A stretch of 64,000 bases of DNA, taken from NCBI GenBank assembly GCA_951406725.2, contig OX597815.1, forward strand, positions 73,346,001 to 73,410,000. The letters run 5' to 3'. Made by a program: the position numbers and the translations under genes. Source of the DNA: Octopus vulgaris. Taxonomy: Eukaryota. Below are positions 1 through 13,827 of this stretch, one piece after another; position 1 is the stretch's first letter, and every line of letters starts with the position of its first letter. The notes beneath the pieces are model-generated. The model had not been told where the DNA came from, did no database searches, and was given only the letters and a program-made list of their open reading frames with translations.

Positions 1-509
1 AAAAAGAATTTTCTGCATTTGTGAAGTTAGAGAACAAAGTTTAGGAATCGGTTGGGCATTGAAGACAACATCCAAGATGTTCTCACATCAAAAAAAGCTC
101 TAAGTTTGATGTTGTTACATCAAAAATGAAACACTGTCATTTTTCAAAAATAAAAATAAACCTAAAGAAGAATTGTTTTGAATTAAATTCTTCAGTTCTT
201 TAATCATTTAAAAAAAAATTTTGTTAACATGCTTTTTCTTTGTGTCAAGTTGTTTGGTCTTTTATTTATTTATTTTTTTTCCTTACTAATGCTTGTGTAC
301 TTGAAAATTGATCCATATTAATTCTTGTGAAATTTGAAAATTAATCCATATTTAATTACTGTCAACTTTTTGTTTTTTATTTCTCTGTAATAAACCTTGA
401 TATTTAAAAAAAAAAAACAAATACAGAAATCAGTCAAACCCCTGAATACAACATCGAAGCTGCTCTGGTATCAAAAGGTTCTGATTTTAATGTCGTTATA
501 TCAAAAATG

Positions 510-975
510 AAAGCAGCGAGATGACAGAATCATTAGAGCGTTGGAAAAATTGTTTTTTCTGTATTTTTTCTGGCTCTTTACATTCTGAGTTCAAATTCTG
601 CCAAGGTCAACTTTGTCTTTCATCCTTTTGGTGGTGGGGGTCAATAAAATAAAGTACCAGTCAAGTACTGGGGTCAATATAATTGACTTGTCCCCTCCCT
701 CTAAAATTACTGGTCTTGTGCCGAAATTTTGAAAGAACTGTCATCATCATCATCATCATTATTATTAAGGTATCAAGCTTGCAGAATCACTAGTGCATCA
801 AACAAATGTTTTGTGGTATTTCTTCTAGCTGTTTATGTTCTGAGTTCAAATCTCACTGAAGTCAACTTTGTTTTTCATGCTTTCAGGGTTTATTAAGTAC
901 CAATCAAGTACTAGGGTTTGACGGTATTGACTTACCCTCTTCTTTATAACCACTGGCCTTGTGTCAAAATTTAAA
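510..975 (+). mobile_element. Two tandem copies of tRNA-derived SINE family A
   Basis: A-box-like (g)cagaatcattag, B-box gagttcaaattc and central ggtcaactttgtctttcatcctttt..ggggtcaataaaat.aagtaccag. Other copies at about 10625, 11785, 19410, 21535, 31810, 34670, 38945, 44020 and 56230. Confidence 0.85.
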
Positions 976-1894
976 ATCATTTTTTTTCTCATACCTGAAG
1001 TGGAACTGTTTTCAGTGAAATTCTTCTGTGTGTGTGTTTGACCCCCACCATGTGTTGAAGGGTGAGAAATGAACACACACACATGCACACATATATAGAT
1101 GTATAGCTGTACAGCACACCACAAGTACTAAAATGTATTGTTATATAAATAAGTGAAATGGTGAATAAAAAATGGGGTACCTTTTGACAATTCACCTGAA
1201 GAGACACAATTGCACCTATGGTGCTCTACACTTGTTTGTACAGCATCTCACTTGCAAGGTACAGGTGAACGATGGGTAGAATCAATTATAGTGCATAATA
1301 GTCATATGAATTCCATTTTCTTTCTCTCATATTTCTCTCATATTTTATAAACCCTATGGACATGAAGGAATTCCTGAAGTAAATCCAGTGGCATTTACAT
1401 CCATACTGTTGATGATGTCAGGTAGCTAAATACAGTGAACAAGCTTTAAATGGCATACTACAAGGTGTATACTTGAATATAAAATTATTACACACACACT
1501 CCCCCCCCCACAGACATGGATAGATTGATGTGTGTGTTATCATACAGTGAGAGTGAGTGCTCAATACTGCATTGGTGGATAAATATCCTTTATTTGTAGA
1601 TTAACAAGGCAAGCAATAGTTTCATGTAGGAAAGGTCTCCACAATTCCTAAATGCCAACCATTTAACAGTGTGCACTAGGTGCTTTTTACATGGTACCTT
1701 GGTTTCAGGAACTCAATTCTGTTGTGATGGGTGGGTCTTCTTGAGAATAGTAATGGACCAAATTCACTCACAAGATATTGGTTGGCCTGAGACTACAGTA
1801 GATACTTGCTCAAAGTGCTGTACAGGAAGATTGAAACTGAAACCATGTGGTTACAAAGCAATCCTCTTAACCACATAGCCATGCCTATATAAAT

Positions 1895-1930
<36 letters not shown>

Positions 1931-2982
1931 GAATGAAAGAAAGAAAATAAAGTAGTTGATCAGTGCAGACTATATTTCTGCAACATCTATTAAATGTAAA
2001 CAATATGCTTTCATAGATTAAAAAACAAAAAAATGTGGTTTGTCTATGTGATACATAGTCTTTGATTTAACTAAAAAAAAAGTTAGTATTTCTTATTTGC
2101 TTATTTACCAATGTTGTAAAGTTGAAATTCTAAAACTACTTTTAAAAGATTCGATTTAAATAGTTTGTCAAATGACTTTTAATGTAAAAGGCCTTATCAT
2201 TTAGCTTCATTTTTTTTTTCATGGTTTATAAATATTAATAAGAATATACAAATCTATGTATATGCATGAGTTAGTGTGCACCTGCATGCATGAGTATGTG
2301 CTTGTGAATGTATGTGGATGTGTGTGTGTACATGTCTTAAACAGTGTGGTGTGTAATGTTTGCTATATATATATGTAATATACTTAAATTAATCTCCTTA
2401 AGTAATATACATTTATTGAATTTATATTAAATCTTATCAAACACTCATACACACACACACACACACACACACTCAGACATGTACACACACATACTGCATT
2501 TTATGGCTTAACAGAGATGTTCTTTCATCTTGACTCTAAATGTTTATTTTTGATCTTTCTGCTGTTGTTGTTGTTGTTAGTTTCCTCTGCAGGTGTTCAT
2601 TTTAGTAATGATGTAACAGTATTGTCTAGTATATACAATATTATATACCCCAGTAACTTTTATACTCTTTTAAATCCCCGCACCTCTATCCTTTGTTAAT
2701 CCAGGACATATCTTCCTTCCTGTTTGTCAATTTTTATCACATGCAAGGGCGTACATACAGTTTCCTCTGTTTCTTCACTTGGGGTCAGACTAAAATTGCT
2801 TTGTCATGTCACCTGCCTGTCCCAATTTTTGTGTAATATAGGTACAGGTTAAGGAGCTCACTTTGCAACCATGTGGATTCAGGTTCAGTTCCACTGCACG
2901 GCACTGTGGGCGTCTTCTACTATAGTCCTAGTCTGACCAATACTTTGTGAGTGAATTTGGTAGATAGAAACTGTGGAAGCCC

Positions 2983-3018
<36 letters not shown>

Positions 3019-3262
3019 TGCACGCGTGTGCACGTGTGTTTATATATATGTAATATGTGTGTGCATACAGAGTGGACCAAAAACCATGCACCAAAACGTT
3101 TAACATTTTATTTACATTCTGTTATTGTCCATTTTGTTCATCATGTACAAGTATGTGTGTGTTTGCCATTATTTTATTCTATATTAGAAAAATTGAAGCA
3201 TGTCTTTAACAATTTCGGAGTGTATATAACCTATTTTGTGTGTGACTTTTTGCCCACCCTAT

Positions 3263-3920
3263 ATCATCATCATCATCATCGTCATTGTCTAACGTCCGTT
3301 TTCCATGCTGGCATGGGTTAGTTGGTTTGACTGAGGACTGGTGAGCCAGAAGGCTGCACCAGGTTCCAATCTGATCTGGCAAAGTTTCTACTGCTGGATG
3401 CCCTTCCTAATGCCAACCACTCTAAGAGTGTAGTGGGTGCTTTTATATGCCACTGGCATAAGGGCCAGTCAAGCGGTACTGGCAATGACCATGCACAAAA
3501 GGTGATTTTTACGTGCCACCTGCACAGGAGCCAGTCCGGCAGCACTGACAACAACCACGCCAGAAGAAAAACGACCATCTTTGGTTTCAAGATGAAAGGT
3601 GTTCTTCCATCAGCATGGATGACATTCCAAAGACTGGAGCAGTTTGAATGGGAAATGATGCCTGGCAACGATAACGTTCGGATGGTGCTTTTAACATTCC
3701 ACTGGTATGAGTGCCAATCAGGCGGTACTGTCATAGGCCACATCAGCGATTTTGATTTCACTTGCCTCAACAGGTCTTCACAAGCAAAGTTTATTGTCCA
3801 ATGAATGAAGTGTAGTCATAAGTGGGCTGGTTATACTCTACTGGCATAGACCCTGGATTATGGTCTCACTTGGCTTGTTGGGTCTTCTCAAGTACAGCAT
3901 ATCTCCAAAGATCTCAGTTA
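3263..3920 (-). mobile_element. RTE 3' UTR/tail fragment, representative of many copies
   Basis: (cat)n-aacgtccgttttccatgctggcatggg...ggatgcccttcctaatgccaaccac, as in the 3' end of the 60545 LINE. Others at about 5350, 7525, 7890, 22640, 26220, 26805, 32120, 33340, 49690, 50500, 55105 and 55770. Confidence 0.85.
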
Positions 3921-3935
3921 CTATATATATATGTA

Positions 3936-4596
3936 TATTTTGGCCTATCCTGTATAGAGCATGTTTTGAAGAGTGCAGTTAGATTTTAACAGTTATTTTT
4001 GCAAAGCTATAATGGAAGTGACAAAGGAGCATATTCAGCATATTTTGCTTTATGAGTTCAATAAAGGTAACAATGTAATGGAAAGTGTGAGGAATATTAA
4101 TGTAGTATATGGGTATCGGACAATAAGCATAAGCCAGTGCCAATGGTAGTTCTAGAAATTCCGAGCCAGAAACTACAGACTAGAAGATGAGCCTCATCTT
4201 GGAAGATATGTAGAGCTCAATGAGGATGTCCTGCAAACCCTCGTGGAACAAAATCCCACCATAACTGTTGAAGAACTGGCAGAGAAGCTTGGATTTGGTC
4301 AGTCAACCATTCATTGACACCTGCATGCCATTGGAAAAGTCAGCAAATTGGGTCAGTGGGTTCCCCATAAACTTTCTGAGTCTAATCATGTGCAGAGAGT
4401 GAACTTGTGCTCTTCTTTGCTGTCACGTCTCATGAATGAACCTTTTTTGACTGAATAGTGACTAATGACAAGAAATGGGTTCTCTATAAAAATATCAAGC
4501 GCTAAAGACTGGGTAGGGAAAGGAGAAACATTGGTACCCCAGGGCAAAGAAGGTCTTCACCTGCATAAGGTGTTGTTATCTGTTTGGTAGGATATG
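3936..4596 (+). mobile_element. Mariner transposon 5' half (pseudogenised transposase), cut by a SINE
   Basis: From ATG 4012: MEVTKEHIQHILLYEFNKGNN...TVEELAEKLG...GKVSKLGQWVPHKL, then after a frameshift IVTNDKKWVLY and VLLSVW*D. WVPH-x-L is the mariner hallmark; several stops. Confidence 0.9.
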
Positions 4597-4830
4597 TCGC
4601 CCATGCATACCAGCCTCCCCTTTCCACGCCACCAGTGTTATCCAAGGGAAAGGCAACAGCAGATACAGCTTGGCACCTGTGACGTCGCAACTCATTTTTA
4701 CAGCTGAGTGAACTGGAGCAACATGAAATAAAGTGTCTTGCTCAAGAACACAACACACAGCTCGGTCTGGGATTCGAACTCACAACCTCACATTGGTAAG
4801 CCTGACACTCTATCCACTGAGCCATGTGCC

Positions 4831-4832
<2 letters not shown>
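4597..4832 (-). mobile_element. SINE family B, alternative 3' body
   Basis: Same head as 21228-21485 but continues gagttgcgacgtcacaggtgccaagctgtatc; a plus-strand relative lies at 34047-34368. Confidence 0.8.
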
Positions 4833-4868
<36 letters not shown>

Positions 4869-6544
4869 CAGCTTTACATAGACCTACACATGTTTCAACT
4901 GCACCAATTAGTAATGGTTGCAACTGCAACCCTACTATAATACCGATGCAGTTTCTTCAAGTCTTTACTTCATTTCCTTCGATTTAACTGTTTAAAGTTT
5001 TTCATTTATCTACTCTGCATGTGTGTCTTTGTGTCTGTGTTTATCACCCCATCATCACTTGGCAACCGGTGTTGATGTGTTTATGTCCCTGTAACTTAGT
5101 GGTTTGGCAAAGAGACTAATAGAATATGCACTAGGCTTAAGAATAATTCCTGGGGTCGAATTGTTTGACAAAAACACTTCAAAACAGTGCTTGGCTGCAG
5201 TCAAATGACTGAAACAAGTAAAAGAATAAAAGAATATCGAAATTGTTTTGATACAAAATAAATTGAAATTATATTTTTATGGCACTCACTTCTCAAGACC
5301 TAGCATAAAAGCCACCACCCCACCCAGCACTGCTCCTTATGAGTTACTTGGAACCTCATTAGTACTGGTCCCATGTTAAAATCATTCAGTGCACTCTAAA
5401 TTGGTTGGTGTTAGGATGGGCATCTGGACATTGAAACCAAGCCAAAGCATTGGATTTTGGTGCAATCCTCTGGCTTACCAGCTCCTGTTGAACTCTCAAA
5501 CTGATGCCAGCATAGGAAACAGATGGTGATGATGATGGTAATGATGATGCTGCGGATGATAATTTATCCAGTATATCTTTCAATGGCTTGAAACAATGCA
5601 CTTAATATAAACCATGTTGCATATAGGTAGTTTGTTACCTGTATAGATCTTTACTATGGAACCAGCACTCATTTCCTATATTATCTAGTTTACTTTGTGG
5701 TTCTTACAAGTAAATATATTTGTGTCTGAGAAAAATTAATATTTTCCTCAATAACTTCGTTTTTAATGATGTAAAAGTTTCAAATAAAACTTACCTATTG
5801 CTATATGTCAGTGAGAAAAAGACCTGTGGCCTTAACTACGTGTTTAGAAGACAAAGGTCATTCACTTCGTAACCTTTGTCTTCTAAATGCACAGAATCCG
5901 ACTACACTTCAAAAGAACCGCAACATTCTTGTTAATGTATTTCACGTCTTGCTTGTTTATCATCGGCTGTTTGTCTGTGGCCAGTCAGTAGACAGAAGGC
6001 AAATTCTTATTAGTGGATGGAGCGTAAATTTAGCTGTGCATCAAGCAATCAATTAGGATAGGATAACCTGTGAGGTCAGCAAGTTGTAGAGAAATCTACT
6101 AAACAGAGAGTGGCTGGGACTGTGAGATGAAAGTGAAGAAGTTCATTTTGATGTTAATGATTAATGAAAGCCTGTAAGAAAGAAAGATTTTTGCTGAAGT
6201 GGAAAGTGGTGATGGTGGTGGTGGTGGTAGTTGTGGTGGTAATGGAAACAGGTGTTGGTGAGAGTAACAGTGAAAGGATTTCAATGTGTTGAGCAAAGCT
6301 AGAAGACATTAGAGGTGGTAAAGTAGGTGGGACAGGTAGTTGAGATGTTTCAGGTGGATGTTACAGGTAGGGGTGGATATAAATTTGTGGATGGTAAGAA
6401 CGACAATTTATTATTATTTTTTTTTTAAAGTAGAAAACACATGTAAACAGATTAAACAGTTGCGTGATAAAATCCTAGAGGAAATAGAGAGGAGTAGAAG
6501 TAAAACCTATTTCGAAGGGAATGTTGTATAAAGATATTGAAGGA

Positions 6545-7072
6545 TAAACTTTTTGCTGCTGTCTTTCTGTTGAAATATTCTGCCTTTGTTTCAATTAATT
6601 TTGAAAATAATGAAGTTAGTAAAATAACTGTCATTATTAAGTTAGTATTTGGAACATAAATTAGCATGAAATTTTGATGGAAGGTTTTAATTAAGATGAC
6701 TTTAACCCTTTTGTTATTGTGTTTCTGTTGAAAAATACTGTCTTTGTTTTAATTAATCTTGAAAATAGTGAAAGATTTCTTAAATTAACCTTGTCATTAT
6801 TAAGCTGGTTGCATGAGTGTAAAAATATAACCCTTTTGGTACTAACCTGGCCAATGGTTAAATGTGGTAAAATGTCTTGTTTTCATAAGTTTTGAATTAA
6901 AATATTCCACCAAACCTTAGTCACAATTTATGTTCCTAACACTAGCTTAATGATAACTAAGTTATTTTACTAAATTCTTTGTTATATTTGTTATGTTTAA
7001 AATAATTTGTTATATTTAAAATAATTGAAAGAAACATAGCATGTCAAAATAAATACAGTAACGAAAGAGTCT
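6545..7072. mobile_element. Cluster of related TTAA MITE pieces
   Basis: Two diverged tandem fragments (~6545-6700, and 6702-6810 starting ttaacccttttgtta) plus an inverted copy at 6827-7072, all similar to 48955-49176. Confidence 0.7.
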
Positions 7073-9410
7073 ATTTTTTAAAATTCTTTTATTTGTTTCA
7101 GTCATTGGACTGCAACTATTCTAGGGCACCATCTTGAAGTGGGGTTCAGTCAAACAAAGTGACCCCGGTACTTATTAAACAAAAAAAAATCTGGTACTAA
7201 TTCGTTTTTTAAAATCTGATACTTATTCTATCAATCTCTTTTTCTGAACCAATAAGTTACAAGGAAAGAAACAAATCAACACAGGTTGGCAAGTGGTAGG
7301 GTGTCAAACATAAAAACTTACATGCACATACACACACACACATTTTTTTCTCAGCTCCTTTTCCTCTTTCATATTCCTTCTTTAGTTTTATACTTTTCTC
7401 TTCTAATGAAGGACTAGTGTCCAAAACATTCAGGCTCATTCTCTTTTTTAAGCATCAGACTAATACAGTTTTTGTTAAGACTTATCCCTTCTCTGTGTGT
7501 GTGAGTGATATATATATATATGCCAGTGATATAAAAGGCACCCATGTTGATGACATCTAAAAAATGCCCAGTACACTCTGTAAAGTGGTTGGTATAGAAA
7601 CTAAGCCAAAACATGTCTGGAGCCTGGTGCAGCTCTCCAGCTCCAGCTCCAGTCAAACTGTCTAACCCATGCCAGTATAGAAAACTGATGTTAAATGATG
7701 ATGATATATCTTCCTCCCAACTACTCTGACCCACCCGTGGTAACCATATACCTCCCTCTATAGCAAGTCACCTATGTCTGTCCCTCTCTTGTACTTCAGT
7801 GTCTCAATACTCCATCCTTGAGTATTCATCCCCACTTTGTAGTAGGAGTTCTTTTCCTTTCTCTGTCTTGTGAGTTACTTGGTGACCCCACTGGTGCTGG
7901 TGGTACAAGAAAAACATCCAGTACACATTGTTAAGTGGTTGGCACAAGGAAGGGCATCCAGCATTAGAAACCAAACCAAAACTAACATTGGAGCTCTTAG
8001 TCACCCTGTGATTTGCCATTACCTGTCAAACTGTCCAACCCATGCCAGCATGGAAAATAGACATTAAACGATGATGATGTAATGGGCTTCCACACAGTTT
8101 TCTCACAAGGCATTGGTTGGCATGGAGCTATATTACAGACACTAACCCAAAGTGTCATGGAGTGGAATTGAACCTAAAAATCATCTGGTTGCAAAACAAA
8201 TTTAAACACCCAGCCATGGCTGCACTTATTAAAATTGTTTTTGCTGTTTGACTCAAAGACATGGCTATACCAAATTGCAATATTCCTACAACTTTCAGCT
8301 TAGTCAGGCAGTCTTTTACTTACTGCATTTGTAATAACTTGAAAGTTATTACAATGCATGTTTTTTTCCACTCAAGCAATTTTACATTTTCTTTCACATT
8401 TCAATGAGCATCTCTCTGTTTGGATAATCTCCAACTATTTTGTAATTAAACTTCGTCCTGTAATCAGTTTTTTTTCTCTAAATTCTTTACATTTCCATTA
8501 AAAATATATTTTTAAGTAATACTTGTTCATTAGAGTATGTAATGAAGATTCTAATTAATGGGATTGAGGCATTGTTTCCAATTTCCAACTCTGCAACAAT
8601 TGATGCAACCATAAAACAATAGTATAGTTTATATCATCATCTAGCAATTTTTAAAAAATTCTTTCTTTTTTTACTTTGTATACAGATGGCCATACTGTTT
8701 TTATGCTGAAAAAGAAACTAGGTGTACATCAGTTAGTTATTAAGCATTATTTTTTGTTAACATTCTTTTCAATGTTAAAAACTTTGAAAATTACAGGAAT
8801 GCTTTGTAACCATTTTCAGATTGATTTTCTGAATTAAAGGTCCCAAATATAGATTTGTACACTTTTCAGCATTTAATATATATGGGTTCACCTTCCAAAC
8901 CTAAAACATAAACTAATTACTGAACACCTAACAGTCAAATAATATATGTTTCTATTAAAGCTGCAAAATTATCACAAAACTCACTCTGTCAGTGACATAA
9001 AAGGCACCCATGTTGATGACACTTAAAAAATACCTGGTACACTCTGTAAAGTGGTTGGTATTAGGAAGAACATGCTGGGTGTTTAAGCTTGTTTTGCTGG
9101 CATGGGCTGGACAATTTGACATGAGCCGGCCAGATAGAAGATTACACTAGGTGGCTCTCTGTTTTAGCATGTTTTTTTTATGGCTGGCTGCCCTTCCTAA
9201 CACCAAAGTAGAGTGTACTGAGTGCTTGTGGCCCAAAACTAAACAGAGCTAGATAACATAACTACAATATGTTGGACAATTGTGATGTGATAATTTTGCA
9301 GATTTAATCAATGTATATTACTCTACCTTTGGTATTCATGTACTATTTTTACCACCTTGTTTTGCACTTATTTGCTCACCTGTGTTTGTGTATATATACA
9401 AATATATATA

Positions 9411-9620
9411 AAATATAAATGAGTAACAAAGACATATAAGTTTCAATTCAAACTGTTTCAAGTGACTCCTTTAATTGATCAATGAAAGCATTACATCATT
9501 ACATTACAAAGAAAAGTGTTCTGTAATTATGTAATGCTTTTATTGATCAATTAAAAGAGTTGATTGAAAAATGCCATAATGAATTGAAACTTATACATCT
9601 TTGTTATTCATTTATATTTT
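9411..9620. repeat. Imperfect AT-rich inverted repeat
   Basis: aaatataaatgagtaacaaaga..taagtttcaattca..tttaattgatcaat.aaagcattacat versus atgtaatgcttt.attgatcaattaaa..tgaattgaaactta..tctttgttattcatttatattt. Confidence 0.8.
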
Positions 9621-9844
9621 ACTCACCTACCCTGGAATCTGCACTTCAGAAATATTTGGAAAGTATCTTTATATAAAGTACACGTCTAAACAAACAAGAG
9701 TGGATTTATTCACCATGCCAACACTGCATGAATATTGGGTGGAAAATTTCTATGTAGAGTTTGATAATCACCTGTCTGAGTGTGCAAATAAGTTCATCCT
9801 AACAAGGTGCCACAGTTTAAGTACCTAATTCAAATGAATTACAC

Positions 9845-9875
<31 letters not shown>

Positions 9876-10941
9876 AAGCAAAATTCTGTCTGTTCATCTG
9901 GGACCCCTGTATCTTAGTCAACATTTGCTCTATATAGACATTATTATACCTTTTTTTGAAACAGGATGATCCTGGGATTGAAAACCTGCCCTTCATTCGG
10001 TTCTTGAACATCCAGCATTGGGATCTACTTTAAAAGCATTTGGATTGCTATTTCTAGCAGGTAAAGCTTGGCTGATTCATGCCATCTTGGTTGGTATTTG
10101 TTAGATGGCATCAGAAATCAAAGGGCAGATAAATGACATTTGCTTTGTTAATTTTGCTTCAAGATAAGAAGTTTGGGACAAATTGGCCAACAATTGGAAT
10201 TAAACTTGGGACTGGAACAACAGAATGATTGCACTCCATCCATCCTTTAATCTCTGATCAAATACTACCGGGGCATATAGTCATTATAGACATATTGTAG
10301 TCCTGTTATCTAGCTCTCTTAGCTTGTTCCTGTCTAGTGTTTATAAGAGTAAATTTAGAACTTTATTGCTAGATGTTTTGATAACACTGTAACAAAATAA
10401 AAGTTTTTTGTCTTTGGTTAGTAGGAGTTATTTCCTATTTGCTTCACTCTAGAAGCAAAGGAAATGACCACAGCTCCCTTCAAACTTAGCTTTTGTGGCC
10501 TGGACATCAATGTTTTGAAACTGACCTATTTTCCAGGACATTTCAGACAGATTCAGCGCTGAGTTGTTGAAGCGATTAAGCATTATCTTTTAATGTCTGT
10601 CTTCTAAGCTGGCATTACTTGGACAGTTTGGCAAGAACCAGCAATTTTGATTACATTAACCCCAGTATTTAACTGGTACTTATTTTATTGACCCCCTGAA
10701 AGGATGAAAGGCAAAGTCAACCCTGGTGGCATTTGAACTCAAAATGTAAAGACAAACATAATGCTGCTAAGCATTTTGCCCAGCATGCTGATGATGATGA
10801 TGATTATGATGGTGATGGTAGTGGCAGCAATGATGATGATGATGATAAAGGGTAGCGTTTATGAAAAAGAAACAGAATAAAATCTTCCCACCAATAAATA
10901 AACAGAAATCAAACATTTTGTTCCATTTTTTTTTTTCTGTT

Positions 10942-10947
10942 TTTATT
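10942..10947 (-). promoter_or_regulatory. Candidate polyadenylation signal for the CEP112-like gene
   Basis: AATAAA on the minus strand about 60 nt after the stop codon. AT-rich context, so a chance match is possible. Confidence 0.45.
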
Positions 10948-11007
10948 TATATATATATGGAAGAAATGTTGAAAATGCGTTTTGTTTCTGCAAGTGTTGA
11001 GTCAAAA

Positions 11008-11166
11008 TTAAGGTGAAGCTATTGGTTTGTATGTTGGTTCTGGATAAGAGTAACTTGGACTATAGAATCCCTTAATTGTTTCTCGACGGTCGTTTTGTAA
11101 TAAAGTAACCCGTTTTTGGAGAGCTGACACTTGTATTTTCAGTGATCGAATCGTTTCTTCCAATTC
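11008..11166 (-). CDS. CEP112: CEP112-like terminal coding exon (ELEETIRSLKIQVSALQKRVTLLQNDRRETIKGFYSPSYSYPEPTYKPIASP*)
   Basis: tttcttctttctttttcAG acceptor, 52 codons, then TAA. Matches the CEP112 C-terminus ELEDTISSLKSQVNFLQKRASILQEE as recalled. Confidence 0.9.
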   Translation of the reverse strand, partial: ELEETIRSLKIQVSALQKRVTLLQNDRRETIKGFYSPSYSYPEPTYKPIASP

Positions 11167-12633
11167 CTGAAAAAGAAAGAAGAAAATTGTTGGTGGAAGT
11201 TATTTAGTCACGTTTTGACATATTCTGTCCCAATACAGTATTAAATGTTCATAATACATAGATAACAATGCAAATTACCTGATTAATTTCCATGGGATCA
11301 ATGCTGTTAATGAGCCCCAGGCCAACACCAAACTTAGTGAGTGGATTTGGAAGACAAAAACTAAAAGAAGCCTTTTTTTTTGTGTGTGTGTGTGTACCAG
11401 ACAAGGATTCTGGATTATTTTTCCATTCTTTTAAATTTAATTTTTGAGAACAGTCAAGTTCATTTTTAGTATTCTTGTTTGTGAGAGTATTTGAGTTTAT
11501 TTCAGATATTCTCACTTTAAAAATCATCTCCGGCTAATCGTTGAGAGGACATTGGTGTTACCTTGGTGGAGGTTTGCGCTCTCTGAGTGTATTTGTTGGA
11601 ATAATACTGATGCCTAACATCAGGCCTCAAAGTTAAAAGAAGGGAACAGTCTTGTGTACTGACCTTAGTATTTGACTGGTACTGATTATCACTCAAGTAC
11701 TGGATGGGAAATCTATATAACCAATTATTGTGCCATATTTGAGACCTTTGACCATGTAAGAACTTAATAATCATTTCTAATTTAGGCACAAGGTCAGCAA
11801 TTTTTAAGTGGTGGGTGTAGTTTAGTTGATTTTGTCATTGCTTCCCCCATTTGCCTGGCTGGTACTTTATTTTATTGACTTCGACAGGATTTGAACTCAG
11901 AACTTAAGTCACCATAACTAAAAATAGTGCCAGGCATTTTGTCCAATGCCCCTTATGATTCTGCCAATCCATCGTTTCTAACACAGACACAAGGCCAGAA
12001 ATCAAGGTTGATAACATTTTCCCAACCATCTGGATGCATAATCAGTGATGTTTTCTAGGATCATTATGTGTTTCTTATGTTGAAAGGACCCCTTCTCCCA
12101 AGTGACCCAATCAGGGTTTGTTCAAACCCTAGCTTGTGTCCAATTAGCTCTAAGTCTTGTAGCACTGCTCTTTCCAGGACCTTTGCACCACCTGATTCAT
12201 AACTACTTTGAAGCAGCTTTTGCTGCTTCCACAGGCAACCTATAATGCCAAGCATGTTGTAAGCTTAGTAGAGGGACTGTCCTACAAACCCTCTACATCC
12301 CAACCTCAATGAACTCATACTTTACCCATCACCCATTGCTTTTAAGAAGAATTGCTAAAGAATTTAGCAAAGTCAATTGACTATTGTCAAACTATCGTTC
12401 TGGTAGCATAAAACGGTGGTGCTGTGCAAGAGGCAATCAATATTCATGATGATTATGCAATTAGCATATAATATGGTACAAGTTTACAAAACTACTGTAC
12501 ACTCTACTAATCAGATAAAAACCCATTAGCTTTTCTCTACATTCCTCCACTGCAGAAAAGCCTTTTTAAGTTAAAGAATTATTCATAAAAAAAAATAACA
12601 AAAACAATAAAAACAACAACAGCAATAATAATA

Positions 12634-12675
<42 letters not shown>

Positions 12676-13556
12676 CAAAAAAAACTAACACTTTTCAAAA
12701 TAATTTTAATACTTGGTGTTGAGTGATAAAGCTACCTGGTACATAACATAGTATTAATGATAAAATATAAAAAAAAAAACAACAAACAAACCAAATAACA
12801 AACAAGAGATGATGGCTTTCAACATGTTATTGGTACAAATATATAATGGTTCTAAATGAGATCGTTTCATGTTTGTTTATTTATTAGAAAACTGTTGATA
12901 TTTTTTCATGTTTTCAATTGACAATTTCTTTTTATATTCAAGCTACTTTATAAACATTAAAATGTCTTGTAGTTATATATGTGAAAATGAGAATTGATGA
13001 AAAAACAGAAAAAAAAAATGTTAAAGTTATATGTATTGATACATATACACACTTAGTATTGAATTTATTAGGTTCATTTTAATAAAAAAAAAAAAGGAAA
13101 CAGAAAAACTAGTTGCATATACAAGAAGCAGCAGACACAAAAACACACACATACACACAAACACACACACAGCCATGTAAAACATAGAGGAGTCGTTTGA
13201 CTTTTTACATCATATATATGTCTATGCAAATCAACCTAACAGAGCCCATCCCTCTCTAAATTGTAGGATTTGTACTAAGTAATGCAAACTAATGAAACAT
13301 TTATCTTTGACTTTGTTTCTGTCATTAGACTGTGGCCATGCTGGGGCACCACCTTGAAGGATTTTAGTCAAACAAGTCAATCCCTGTTCTTATTTTGTTT
13401 AGCAAGTATATGTCTGGTACTTGTTCGATCTCTTATTTATTATTATTTATTTTTTTTTTTGCCAAACCATTAGGTTACACGGACATAAACAAACCAGCAT
13501 TGGTTGTCAAGTGGTGGTGGAAAAAAAAACACAGACATAAAGACACACATAGACAT

Positions 13557-13605
<49 letters not shown>

Positions 13606-13827
13606 TAAAAAGGTGAGAGCTAAATATGCTCCGTATAGAAACAGGTGGTAGTGCTCAAATGAACTTAAATTTGAACACTGAATTCTTCATCTTGGAATAG
13701 GTCTATGGCATCAAGAGTGGCTATAAGAGAAACAAAGGTGATCTGATATGGAGGTAGTGATACCGATAAACACAATTAGGGTTCAGATATATATACAGAT
13801 ATACATATACATACATCTATAAATCTA

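Noticed and set aside
3318-3804. 150-aa and 123-aa ORFs as genes
   Set aside because: They lie in the RTE 3' UTR repeats; the same pseudo-peptides (WLALGRASS, LDALPNANH) recur in many copies.
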